Origin: Octopus sinensis
Lineage: Eukaryota
NCBI RefSeq assembly: GCF_006345805.1
Contig: NC_043025.1
Span: 3,782,001-3,846,000, forward strand
Reading direction: 5' to 3'
Length of the DNA stretch: 64,000 nt
Shown here: positions 41,440-55,576 of the stretch, one piece after another
Layout of the letters: the number at the start of each line of letters is the position of its first letter
Numbering within the stretch: position 1 is the first letter of the stretch
Program-made: the position numbers and the translations under genes
The notes under the pieces: model-generated
What the model saw: only the letters and a program-made list of their open reading frames with translations
Databases searched by the model: none
Told to the model about the DNA's origin: nothing

Positions 41440-41990
41440 TAAGCCTTGTTTTTTTCTGTTGAAGAGTGTAGGCTCGAAACATAAAAGACTTGTTTTATTT
41501 CTATTCCTGAGCGCCATACTAATACATTTGTTTGTTTGTACTCCACCTGCCTTCGTCTTTTGTTTATTTTCGTAAACCTTCCCGTTATATTAACTATATA
41601 TATATAGTTAATCCAAACAAGAAAGCACAAAAAAACACAACAACGCGAGGACGTGGAACAAATATAGTATCATTGGATGCTCAGGAAAGAAGGAGGGTTT
41701 AACGTTTCGAGCGGAGCTCTTCATCGGAAACATAGGAGAAGGGAAAACAGAGGGAAAAAAAATCGCCAACGGTACACAGGCAGTCAATGGGAAGGTTTAC
41801 GAAAATAAACAAAAGACGAAGGCAGGTGGAGTACAAACAAACAAATGTATTAGTATGCCGCTCAGGAATAGAAATAGAAAAAGTCTTTTATGTTTTGAGC
41901 TTACGCTCTTCGACAGAAAGATACACAGAAAAAAACAAGGAGAGAAAAAAAATGCGTGTAGGAGCTAACGATCTATCATGGCATATATAT
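41440..41990. mobile_element. Composite of TA-flanked short elements carrying degenerate hammerhead-like motifs (B+, A-, B-); the A-/B- pair recurs at 45765-46095
   Basis: Motifs GAAGAGC(n3-4)GCTCGAAAC(G/A)T in each unit; 41590-41985 and 45765-46095 share sequence. Confidence 0.6.
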
Positions 41991-42017
41991 ATATATATAA
42001 TATATATATGCATGTGT

Positions 42018-42235
42018 ATATTAAAAGGGTTAAAAAACCACTAGGTGGTCAGCCGTATGCTAGAAATAGATCACCTACGATCAAACTACAAAGAAAAGAA
42101 TGTTCTCTAGAGGAAAATTCAGCGGACACCAGGACAATATGCGGGCAAGACAGATGAAAATTATATAAAAAACCAGAATTTTGGTTTTTTATATACAGCT
42201 GACCACATAGTGGTTTTTTAGCCCTTTAAATATAC
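42018..42235. mobile_element. MITE-like element with about 40-bp imperfect TIRs
   Basis: aagggttaaaaaaccactaggtggtcagccgtat / atacagctgaccacatagtggttttttagccctt. Confidence 0.65.
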
Positions 42236-42656
42236 ACATGTATTAGAATTTTCTCTGATTTTTCAGATTTTTGTATGCTAGGCTACTGGTTTTAAATTGA
42301 TATTAATTAAATTAATATTCAATTTATCTCCCTCATTACTTAAATACATACATACATCATCATCATCATCATCGTTTAGCGTCCGCTTTCCATGCTAGCA
42401 TGGGTTGGACGGGTCAACTGGGGTCTGTGAAGCTGGAAGGCTTCGTCAGGCCCAGTCAGATCTGGCAGTGTTTCTACGGCTGGATGCCCTTCCTAACGCC
42501 AACCACTCCGCGAGTGTAGTGGGTGTTTTTTACGTGCCACCTGCACAGGTGCCAGACAGAGCTGGCGAACGGCCACGAACGGATGGTGCTTTTACGTGCC
42601 ACCGACATGGGGCCAGACAGAGCTGGCAACCGGCCACGAACGGACGGTGCTTTTAC

Positions 42657-42716
<60 letters not shown>

Positions 42717-43756
42717 TATGCATAAGTACACCCATACTCTTTTATTCTTTTACTTGTTTCAGTCATTTGACTGTGGCCATGCTGGAGCACTGCCTTTAGT
42801 CAAGCAAATCAACCCTTTGTAAGCCTGGTACTTATTATATCAGTCTCTTTTACTGAACCGTTAAGTTACAGGGACGTAAACACACCTGCATCAGTTGTCA
42901 AGCAAAGGTGAGGAACAAACACACAAACACATACATATATATATCATCATCATCATCGTTTAACGTCCGTTTTCCATGCTAGCATGAGTTGGACGGTTCG
43001 ACCGGGGTCTGGAAAGCCAGGAGGCGGCACCAGGCTCCAGTCTGATCTGGTAGGGTTTCTACAGCTGTATGCCCTTCCTAACGCCAACCACTCTGTGAGT
43101 ATAGTGGGTGCTTTTTATGTGCCACCGGCACAGGGGCCAGAGGAGGCTGGCAAATGGCAACAATCGGTTGGTGCTTTTTACGTGTCACTGGCAGGGACGC
43201 CAATCAAGGTGACGCTGGCATCGGCCACGTTCGGATGGTGCTTTTTACGTGCCACCGGCACGGGTATCACAACTACAATATCCATTTGATTTTTATTTTG
43301 ATGTTGATGTACTTGACTCAACAGGTCTCCTCAAGCACAGCCGGTCACCCTATGAACCAAGGTTTGCACAGCAGGCTGTCCTGCGAGCCATGAACTCACA
43401 GCATATCTCCTGCGGTCTCGGTCTTTCGTCATTGCCTCTGTGAAGCAATATATATATATGACTGCGAAGACCCGACAATTAACATGAGTTAATGGCTGTT
43501 TCCTGCACCAGCTTCACGTAGAAGCCCCAACCTATCCAAAGTATCTTGGATCGCAGGATGGCCTGCTGAGATAAACTTGGATTGTAGGACGACCTGCTGT
43601 GCTTGAGGAGACCTATAGTCAGATACCATGTCCAGAATGGAGGACATAGGCAGTCATATCCTGTCACAATTCTCTGTTCTTTGTTTTCTGTGTTCCACTT
43701 ACAGATGTTTAATGCTTCTCTCTCCCCACCAGTTCGTCAAGCTTGACATCCATACC

Positions 43757-44353
43757 TATGTCTTTATTGCCCACAAGGGGCCGAACATAGAGGGGAAAAA
43801 CAAGGACAGACAAACGGATCGAGTTGATTGCATCGACCCCAGTGCGTAACTGGTGCTTAATTTATCGACCCCGAAAGGATGAAAGGCAAAGTCGACCTCG
43901 GCGGAATTTGAACTCAGAACATAACGGCAGACGAAATACCTATTTCTTTATTACCCACAAGGGGCTAAACACAGAGCGGACAAACAAGAACAGACATAGG
44001 TATTAAGTCGATTACATCGACCCCAGTGCGTAACTGGTACCTAATTTATCGACCCCAAAAAGATGAAAGGCAAAGTCGACCTCAGCGGAATTTGAACTCA
44101 GAACGTAACGGCAGACGAAATACCTATTTCTTTATTACCCACAAGGGGCTAAACACAGAGCGGACAAACAAGAACAGACATAGGTATTAAGTCGATGACA
44201 TCGACCCCAGTGCGTAACTGGTACTTAATTTATCAACCCCGAAAGGATGAAAGGCAAAGTCGACCTCGGCGGAATTTGAACTCACAACGTAATGCAGACA
44301 AAATACCGCTAAGCATTTCGCCCGGCGTGCTAACATTTCTGCCAGCTTGCCGC
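43757..44353 (-). mobile_element. SINE family C with three about 184-bp internal units and a 15-bp target-site duplication
   Basis: TSD cttgacatccatacc at 43742-43756 and 44354-44368. Confidence 0.88.
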
Positions 44354-44475
44354 CTTGACATCCATACCATTCTTCTCCTTCTCTGTTTCTTTTACCTTCA
44401 ACCTTTCTGGTCTTCACTAAATTCTTCAGGCCCTTTTTCTTCATCACAAAAAATTTCAGTTCTTTTGTTTTTTTC

Positions 44476-44554
44476 GGCCTGTAGGAGTTGTTGTTGCTGT
44501 TGTTGTAGTCATTTGTCATCATGAATGTGAAAGACCAGTCTAAATTACCCATCT
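44476..44554 (+). pseudogene. Truncated duplicate of the C5orf22 start exon (acceptor, UTR, ATG; no donor)
   Basis: 79 bp identical to 47336-47414; reads MNVKDQSKLPIS*. Confidence 0.85.
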
Positions 44555-45378
44555 CATGAGGCAGTTTCCTAATTAACACAGCTCATTTCATCACTTCTTC
44601 ATTAGGCACTTTGTCTGTCCATTCTGGCAGAAATGTTAGCATGCTGGGCGAAATGCTTATCGGTATTTCGTCTGCCTTTACGTTCTGAGTTCAAATTCCG
44701 CCAAGGTCAATTTTGCCTTTCATCATTTCGGAGTTCATAAATTAAGTATCAGTTGTGTACTGGGGTCGATCAAGTCAACTGGCCCCCTTCCCGAAAATTT
44801 TGGGTCTTGTGCCACAGTGCTCTCTCCTCTCTCCTCTGTAACACTTCCACTTCTTCCTGATGGTTAATGGTTCTTTCTTGCAACCAGTCCATCATGCTTG
44901 ACATCTATACCATCCTTGTCCTTCCCCTGCTTCCCCTTAGCCTAGGCATGGGGTTTTAACAGCCTGGGGATGGGGCTTTAAAAGCCTAACTCCCACATAT
45001 CCTCTGCATGTCATAAAAGGTGACTGAAAGGGGAACCACAGCAACAACAGGGGGCCTGGATGTTGTTTGGTTGGCACCAATGGGATCATTAAAAGTTGCA
45101 TACCCCCAAGGATGTTGCTGCAGTCGGGCAGGTTTCGACCTCCTTTGCATCGGCCTAGGCATTCCCTGCACCAAGCAGCAGCACAAGTATTTTGGTGGGT
45201 GATCCTTGAGTGATGGACAATGGCAGAACTTGATCAAGAGAAAGGTGTTCTGGTAACCCTTGATGCCGCCATCATGCTGCGATGAAGAAGGCAATGAGAA
45301 ACCATTTCGCTACATTACAATTGCCAAGAACAACCATGGATATTGCAATTCAGTGCTGGAAGGGCACTTGTCTGTCTA

Positions 45379-45420
<42 letters not shown>

Positions 45421-46801
45421 CGAAATCGAAATCTTTCAACATCAATGGAAATTGTAGCTGAGATACCAGTGCCGGTGGCACATAAGAGAACCATCCGAAT
45501 GTGGCCGTTGCCAGTGCCTCCCCAACTGGCCTCCGTGCCGGTGGCACGAAAAAGCACCATCCGATCATGGCCGTTTGCCAGCCTCTCCTGGCACCTGTGC
45601 AGGTGGCACAATTAAAAGCACCCACTACACTCTCGGAGTGGTTGACGTTAGGAAGGGCATCCAGCTGTAGAAACACTGCCAGATCAGACTGGGCCTGGTG
45701 CAGCCTCCTGGCTTCCCAGACTCCAGTTGAACCATCCAACCCATGCTAGCATGGAAAACGGACGTTAAACGATGATGATGATATATAAAGTTAATCCAAA
45801 CAAGAAAGCACAAAAAAACACAACAACGCGAGGACGTGGAACAAATACAGTATTATTGGACGCTCAGGAAAGAAGGAGGGTTTAACGTTTCGAGCGGAGT
45901 TCTTCGTCGGAAACATAGGAGAAGGAAAGACGGAGGCAGGTGGAGTACAAACAAACAAATGTATTAGTATGGCGCTCGGGAATAGAAATAGAACAAGTCT
46001 TTTACGTTTCAAGCCTACGCTCTTTGACAGAAAGATACACAGAAAAAAACAAGGAGAGAAAAAAAATGTGTGTAGGAGCTAACGATCTATCATGGCATAT
46101 ATATATATATATATACGTTTTTTTTTCTCTGTCTTCCCTTCTCTGGGCCTGGTGCAGCCTCCTGGCTTCCCAGATCCCAGTTGAACCGTCCAACCCATGC
46201 TAGTATGGAAAGCGAACGTTAAACGATGATGATGATGATGATATACACAGAAAAATATAAGGAGGTGCTAAAAGGTTCTTGGCTCTAAGAGCATTGTGAA
46301 AGGTTTGGTTGGAGGCCCAATCTTCCTTCTGAGTTCTTTTACAGGGTTTAGAAAAACTGAAGGACGGCTGCAATAAGTGTGTGCATCTGAGTGGGGAATA
46401 TGTTGAATAAAATCGTTATTAACTGATCCTTCTGTATTTTCTTTTCCCCAGTGCCGGGAACTTTTCAAACCCCACATACCTGTTTTTATGAGCTGCTAAT
46501 AGTTTCATATGTTGAGAAATACCTCAAACAAATTCATCAGGCACAAACCACATAAAATGGACTAAAACTTGAATTAGAGAAGAAACACAAACCGTTGAGA
46601 AGGAAGCATATAGAAAATGTGGGGCTTCTTTCAGTTTCCATCTACCAAATCCACTCTCAAGGCTTTGGCTGGCCCAAGGCTATAGTTTGCCTCAGGTACT
46701 ATGAAATGGGACTGAACCTGGAACCATGTGGTTGGCAAGCAAACTTTTTACCACAGATTTATATAAGAAAGTAAATGTAAAATTTTCTTAAATTTTCTAT
46801 A

Positions 46802-47204
46802 GGCGCAGGAGTAGCTGTGTGGTAAGTAGCTTGCTTACCAACCACATGGTTCCGGGTTCAGTCCCACTGCGTGGCACCTTGGGCAAGTGTCTTCTGCTAT
46901 AGCCTCTGGCCGACCAATGCCTTGTGAGTGGATTTGGTTGATGGAAACTGAAAGAAGCCTGTCGTATATATGTATATATGTATAATATATATGTATGTTT
47001 GTGTGTCTGTGTTTGTCCCCCTAGCATTGCTTGACAACTGATGCTGGTGTGTTTGCATTCCCCATAACTTAGCGGTTCGGCAAAAGAGACCGATAGAATA
47101 AGTACTGGGCTTACAAAGAATAAGTCCCAGGGTCGAGTTGCTCGACTAAAGGCGGTGCTCCAGCATGGCTGCAGTCAAATGAGTGAAACAAGTAAAAGAG
47201 TAAA
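46802..47204 (+). mobile_element. tRNA-derived SINE family A, full length
   Basis: Same head and tail as 17076-17553. Confidence 0.9.
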
Positions 47205-47380
47205 GTGTTTTTAAAACACCCTAAAATATCCTTCTTTTTTCCAAGACAAACAGAGAGCAATTTAAAAGATTTGACTGCTGTTTCTTTTTTCAGATCAAGC
47301 TATTACTACATTGAAATTCCTTTGTTTTTGTTTTTGGCCTGTAGGAGTTGTTGTTGCTGTTGTTGTAGTCATTTGTCATC

Positions 47381-47436
47381 ATGAATGTGAAAGACCAGTC
47401 TAAATTACCCATCTTTGTCGTTGATGATCATAACAG
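47381..47436 (+). CDS. C5orf22: UPF0489 protein C5orf22 homologue, first coding exon (MNVKDQSKLPIFVVDDHN); exon starts at 47345 after the acceptor
   Basis: KLPIFVVDDH matches the family N-terminal motif (KLPVWVVEDH, recalled); acceptor TGTAG at 47343-47344, donor AG|GTAAGT at 47437. Confidence 0.85.
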
Positions 47437-47512
47437 GTAAGTCAGCATTTTTCTGACATGATGACGTAACTGTCTGCGCTTATATGTCCATAGCCTGCAC
47501 CATATGGACATT

Positions 47513-48251
47513 GTGGAGGCGCAATGGCCCAGTGGTTAGGGCAGCGGACTCGCGGTCGTAGGATCGCGGTTTTGATTCTCAGACCGGACGTTGTGAGTGT
47601 TTATTGAGCGAAAACACCTAAAGCTCCAAGAGGCTCCGGCAGGGGATGGTGGTGATCCCTGCTGTAATCTTTCACCACAACTTTCTCTCACTCTTACTTC
47701 CTGTTTCTGTTGTACCTGTATTTCAAAGGGCCGGCCTTGTCACTCTCTGTGTCACGCTGAATATCCCCGAGAACTACGTTAAGGGTACACGTGTCTGTGG
47801 AGTGCTCAGCCACTTACACGTTAATTTCACGAGCAGGCTGTTCCGTTGATTCGGATCAACCGGAACCCTCGTCGTCATAACCGACGGAGTGCTTCCATTT
47901 CAAAGGGCCGGCCTTGTCACTCTCTGTGTCACGCTGAATATCCCCGAGAACTACGTTAAGGGTACACATGTCTGTGGAGTGCTCAGCCACTTACACGTTA
48001 ATTTCACGAGCAGGCTGTTCCGTTGATTCGGATCAACCGGAACCCTCGTCGTCGTAACCGATGGAGTGCTTCAATTTCAAAGGGCCGGCCTTGTCACTCT
48101 CTGTGTCACGCTGAATATCCCCGAGAACTACGTTACGGGTACACGTGTCTGTGGAGTGCTCAGCCACTTACACGGTAATTTCACGAGCAGGCTATTCCAT
48201 TGATTCGGATCAACCAGAACCCTTGTCGTCGTAACCGACGGAGTGCTTCCA
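47513..48251 (+). mobile_element. tRNA-derived SINE family D with its 3' body triplicated (3 x 177 bp, 47721-48251)
   Basis: tttcaaagggccggcc at 47721, 47898, 48075. Confidence 0.88.
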
Positions 48252-48451
48252 TCCATATGGACATTCTAACAACTCCTTTTCTGCATATCAAGCAGGGCCA
48301 TCTTGTAATATGTCCCTCTTTCAGCTAACTGGGACTTTGGTCTTTGCTAAATTAACCCTTAGGCCCTTTGATTCCAGTTGTGGCTTCCACACCTGAAATT
48401 TCTTCGTTAGTTCTAATTAAGATTCAGCCATGATAGATATTGTTTTGTTCA

Positions 48452-50410
<1,959 letters not shown>

Positions 50411-50518
50411 AAATAATAATTAATTTTAAAAAAAAACAACAATTATTTTCGGGTAGATTTCGGTATGTAAATATAACCATTATCGGTAGGAACTTTTTAA
50501 AAAAAAGTTCTATATAAA

Positions 50519-50782
50519 TAAAAAGGGGCAGGCAACAGGTTGCTTAGCCACATACCGAAAAATTAGAAATAGCAGTCAAAGACTGTTTATTTCTATTTTC
50601 TACAAATAAGACTCCACATACAACATATCCATGTAATTCACATATGTAAAACAGAAGGAAAAAATAACAAAAACAAAGTCTACGGGTTAGTTATGGACAC
50701 GTTTCTGGATTAGAATTATATAAATCAATTCATTTCTAATTTTTCAGTATGTGGCTAAGCAACCTCTTGCCTGCCCCTTTAT
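50519..50782. mobile_element. MITE with about 52-bp TIRs in TA context
   Basis: aaaggggcaggcaacaggttgcttagccacataccgaaaaattagaaat / atttctaatttttcagtatgtggctaagcaacctcttgcctgccccttt. Confidence 0.8.
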
Positions 50783-51146
50783 ATATATATGTATATATAT
50801 ATATATATATATATACGACAGGCTTCTTTCAGTTTCCATCTACCAAATTCACTCACAAGGCTTTGGTTGGTCCGAGGCTAAAGTAGAAAACACTTGTCCA
50901 CTCAGTGGGACTGAACCTGGAATTATGTGATTGGTAAGCAAGCTACTTACCTGTTTAAAATAATGGTCATTATGTAAAAACCAGTTTGTCATGAACCATC
51001 CATGGATTTACAATACAGAATTGTGATGAACCATAACCTTGGACACTGCCATGGTTGGATACCCAGAGTTCTTCACTAATCTTAGCCTGGTGAGCTTAAG
51101 AAGTATTTGTCCAAATTGATAATCCCTCACTATTTGTTCTACATAA

Positions 51147-51177
<31 letters not shown>

Positions 51178-51187
51178 AATATATATA

Positions 51188-51693
51188 TCTATATATATAA
51201 AACTCTAGTTGTGTGAGTGTCTGTCCCCTTCGATTTAGATTCCTAACTCCTCCCACATTTTGCGGTGCAGTTTAACCAAATTCGGGTATCTTATAGTCGT
51301 GATTCATATCGAGCCCGTCTGACTATTAGCGCGTGTCAACGATGAGTCTACGATTTTAAAAAATTTAACATCATTTTTTATTCCATTTTAATGCATAAAA
51401 TGCATCGTGTGTTGATGGCGGCGGAGTTGGAGTCCACGCTCACAGCTGCACCTGTTTGCTTTTCTCCCCCTTCCCTCCCTCGTGAAGCTGTGGGGAAGGG
51501 AGTGTAAAGAAATCAACGTCGTAATGCGTTGTGAAGGAAACCAGCGTTCTTTTAGAACAACGACTTCATGGCTTGAAGACACCAAAACAAAAATGGCTAA
51601 GAAAGCCCGAATTTATAAGGGAAGTAACTCTCTAAAAATGCTTATATAGTTATTTCCCTTACAAACCCGAGCAACGCCGCGCGATACTGCTAG
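51188..51693 (+). mobile_element. Non-autonomous Helitron with an extra about 218-bp internal segment (51396-51613)
   Basis: A|TC...hairpin-CTAG|T; internal block absent from the other three copies. Confidence 0.85.
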
Positions 51694-51915
51694 TATATAT
51701 ATATATAATAATAATAATAATAATATTAGGGAGTATAACACCAAACTTACAGGGAAAAATTCAATTTAGTATTAAATCAAATTTCACAGTATAAATATAT
51801 AAAATATAAATTGGAGATAAAACCAAACAAATAATATATATAATTTTATAAAACATATAACTTATAACTGGATCTCAAAAAGTATAAAAATGAATGATCA
51901 ATATATAAGTAAAAA

Positions 51916-52015
51916 AACTACGTACGTTTCATGGCTACAATTAAATTGAAATTACAATTAAGTTTAAATTCAATTGAAATAAATTCGATTTAAAATTATA
52001 GTCAATCTTCAGGTT
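51916..52015 (-). ncRNA. Degenerate hammerhead-like motif with long stem II loop
   Basis: AAC-CTGAAGA-T-TGACTATAA...TTGTAGCCA-T-GAAA-CGTACG-TA-GTT. Confidence 0.4.
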
Positions 52016-52118
52016 AATGATAATAGTTAAATAAATAAGCAAATAGAGTTAAACTATTATCTGTTTGAGTTGCATAATAGTGGTTTTATCTCTAATTTAT
52101 ATTTTATATATATATATT

Positions 52119-52304
52119 GGTTCCAAGCATCGGAATGGTTAGTGGCAAGAGAGAAATAGCCGACCAAGAACCCACTGGCTTGACATCGTCAAGAGTGATA
52201 CCAGAATGGACATAGCCAATCTGAAAGAAGTGGCCCAGGATAGAACTGACTGGAGGACACTGATCCATCGAATGACCGAGAGTCAACTTCGACTGAGCAG
52301 TTAG
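52119..52304 (+). mobile_element. RTE-BovB-like LINE 3' end
   Basis: WLDIVKSDTRMDIANLKEVAQDRTDWRTLIHRMTESQLRLSS*. Confidence 0.7.
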
Positions 52305-52317
52305 ATATATATATATG

Positions 52318-52711
52318 TCGCAGGAGTGGCTGTGTGGTAAGTAGCTTGCTAACCAACCACATGGTTCCAGGTTCAGTCCCACTGTGTGGCATCTTGGGCA
52401 AGTGTCTTCTGCTATAGCCCCGGGCCGACCAATGCCTTGTGAGTGGATTTGGTTGACGGAAACTGAAAGAAGCCTGTCGTATATATGTATATATATGTAT
52501 GTGTGTTTGTGTACCTGTGTTTGTCCCCCTAGCATTGCTTGACAACCGATGCTGGTGTGTTTACATCTCCGTCACCTAGCGGTTCAGCAAAAGAGCCCGA
52601 TAGAATAAGTACTAGGCTTACAAAGAATAAGTACCGGGGTCGATTTGCTCAACTAAAGGTGGTGTTCCAGCATGGCCGCAGTCAGATGACTGAAACAAGT
52701 AAAAGAGTAAA
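52318..52711 (+). mobile_element. tRNA-derived SINE family A, full length
   Basis: Family head and tail. Confidence 0.9.
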
Positions 52712-53078
52712 TGATATGTATATATGAATAAAAAATGGAGTTAACGCAGGTGTAAATAAGTATTTTTACTTTCGACACATGTTTCGAAAATTCCACTGAT
52801 ACTATTCTCAATGTAAACGCGAAGTTTCTACCTTTATAAACAAGGAGTTACAACACCTTTACTTGTGAGATTTTTGCTGCCCTGGTAACTATTTATTTAT
52901 TTTTTCCGTGTTAATTGTTAACAAGGTAAAAATACACTCATCTATTTATATATATATATACATAATAGATGATAGATAAATAAAATAAATGTATATATAT
53001 ATACATCTATAATATATATATAATATAATATATAGTGAAATTGTACTTACATATAAGAGACAAAGTGTACATACACTG

Positions 53079-53165
<87 letters not shown>

Positions 53166-53320
53166 CATAAATAATGAATAATAAATATATATATATATAT
53201 ACATATAAATATATTTATTTATTCATTTATTTATGTATAATATATATAATATATTATATATATATATATAGCGGTGTATGTACACTTTGTTCTCTTATAT
53301 GTAAGTTATATATATATATA

Positions 53321-54307
53321 CTAGCTTTAAGACCCGTCGTTGCTGGGTCATAGTACTAGTGCATGTATATGTGTATATATAGTGTACTATTACATGTACA
53401 TTATTATATACATCTACACATAAAAATAAAAAATACAAAGTTATATCTTGATATCGCTAGTGATAATAATACTCCGAATATATAACAGACTGGAATTGTT
53501 AGCGCCCATCTCTTGTAATTCAATTCTTAAACAAAAACCAAAGTTCCTTCTCCCAAGGGGAGGGTTACGGTTTTACAATTATTTAGCAAATGCAACACAA
53601 CAACGCTTTCCTTACGAGGGACAACAAATGTGATAACAATAGTTAAACAGAAATATAATACAACAAACCTTACGGTAAGCAAAAAAGCAGTACTCTGTTG
53701 AAGCTATAGGCCTTTATGGATCAGAAATAAACCAACACGGTACTCAGTAGAAGCATCTTTTGAGAAAGACAGACATTAACATACAGCCCACTTCATATAG
53801 ATACTTAATGCTAGCTAATTAGCAAATATCTAATGTAAAAGCTGTGCACACCTCCATCTGGACTATTCCATTTCTGCACGCTAATTTTATTTTTAATTTA
53901 TTCCCATTCATGTGAAACCACTGATTCAAGTTCAAGTCAATGATTCAATGTTACAATTTAATTATTATATCATATTTTAGTTTGATTTTAATTATTACTT
54001 ACTACATATAATTCAATTGTTACTATTATCTCTAATTTTTATTGTTAAAGTGAAAGTATCTGACATAATATAGAGAGATGTTTTTGTTTCACTTTTAACA
54101 CGTAATACTGAAATAGTGAAGAAGATATGATATTGCTTTGGGCTCGCCCTAGGCAAGTGGTCGAACATTTTTTTTTGCACATGATACTACATGGACCCTA
54201 ATTAAGGCATGTGTAAAATTTGAATGAAATTGGTTGTGTAGTTCTCAAGTTTTGGGAAACACATAGACAGACAGACACACATTCTCAGAGTTTTATATAT
54301 ATAGAGA
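53321..54307 (-). mobile_element. About 990-bp non-autonomous Helitron of a second family; a related 3' end occurs at about 7435-7490
   Basis: TC start with (CTGT)n near 54270, 3' hairpin gacccgtcgttgctgggtc and CTAG at 53321. Confidence 0.7.
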
Positions 54308-54667
54308 TAGTGAAATGTGTACTTACATATAAAGAGAACAAAGTGTACGTACACCGGGCTATATATATATATATATATATATACATAAATAAATGAATAA
54401 ATAATATATATATTATATATATATATATAATATATATATATAAATATACAATGGGCTTTTTTTTAGTAGTTTCCCTCTCGCACTCCACTGAGAGGGGTTT
54501 TGTTGGCCCAAAGCTATAGTAGAAGATACTTGCCCAAAATGCTCTGCAGAAAGATTGAACCGTGTGGCTGGGAAGCAAGCATCTTACCACACAACCACAT
54601 CTGTGCAGAGGAATACACACACACACACATGCACACACACCCAACACACACATGCACACACATTGTA

Positions 54668-54707
<40 letters not shown>

Positions 54708-55104
54708 TTTACTTGTTCAGTCATTTGACTGCGGCCATGCTGGAGCAACCGCCTTTAGTCGAGCAAACCGACCCCGGACTATTCCATGCACCCAGCACTT
54801 ATTCTATCGGTCTCCTCTCCCTTGCCGAACCGCTAAGTGACAGGGACGTAAACACACCATCATCGGTTGTCAAGCAATGCTAGGGGGACAAACACAGACA
54901 CACAAACACACACATACATATATATACATATACATATATACGACAGGCTTCTTTCAGTTTCGTCTCCAATCCACAATCCACCACAAGGCATTGGTTGGCT
55001 CGGGGCTATAGCAAAGACACTTGCCCAAGATGCCACGCAGTGGGACTGAACCCGGAACCATGTGGTTGTTTAGCAAGCTACTTACCACACAGCCACTCCT
55101 GCGG
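54708..55104 (-). mobile_element. tRNA-derived SINE family A
   Basis: Family motifs on the reverse strand. Confidence 0.9.
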
Positions 55105-55119
55105 CTATATTTATTTATG

Positions 55120-55151
<32 letters not shown>

Positions 55152-55245
55152 GATATATATAGCGGTGTACGTACACTTGCATATGATTGTATATTCCTCT
55201 AGAAGCTTAATTTTAACGGAAATGTTTTGTGCTTCTGTTGAAAAG

Positions 55246-55391
55246 GTCCTGCCTTATATCCATCGGTCAATCGGTTCCAAGCATCTGCCATTCTCTGGCC
55301 TCACCATGATCCACTTCGACGCTCATCCCGATCTTTTGGTTCCAAATAACATGAAAGCTGCTGATATCTTCGATAAACAATTTGTTTACGA
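55246..55391 (+). CDS. C5orf22: UPF0489 protein C5orf22 homologue, second coding exon ([48 protein letters not shown])
   Basis: IGSKHLP and HFDxHPDL family motifs; AAG acceptor at 55244-55245, donor GA|GTAAGT at 55392; 146 nt. Confidence 0.93.
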
Positions 55392-55576
55392 GTAAGTGAA
55401 CCCTTTATATTCTTGTCTCTTTGTTGTTTGGCCCCAGGTCGGTCCTGACCCAGCAGACCTATGATCAAAGGGGTTCCATCTGTGACCAACCTGTCTTTTA
55501 TTCAGACATACTGTAGCTAGGTCAATTTTGTCTCTCATACTAAAATTGAAAAGAATTATTATTATTATTAAACTAA

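Noticed and set aside
47513-47590. tRNA-like sequence, also at 19992 and in SINE A heads
   Set aside because: A/B boxes continue into a repeat body found in several copies; no complete cloverleaf. SINE heads, not tRNA genes.
52770-52830. Another hammerhead-like motif (GAAACATGTGTC, minus strand)
   Set aside because: Stems I and II do not form.
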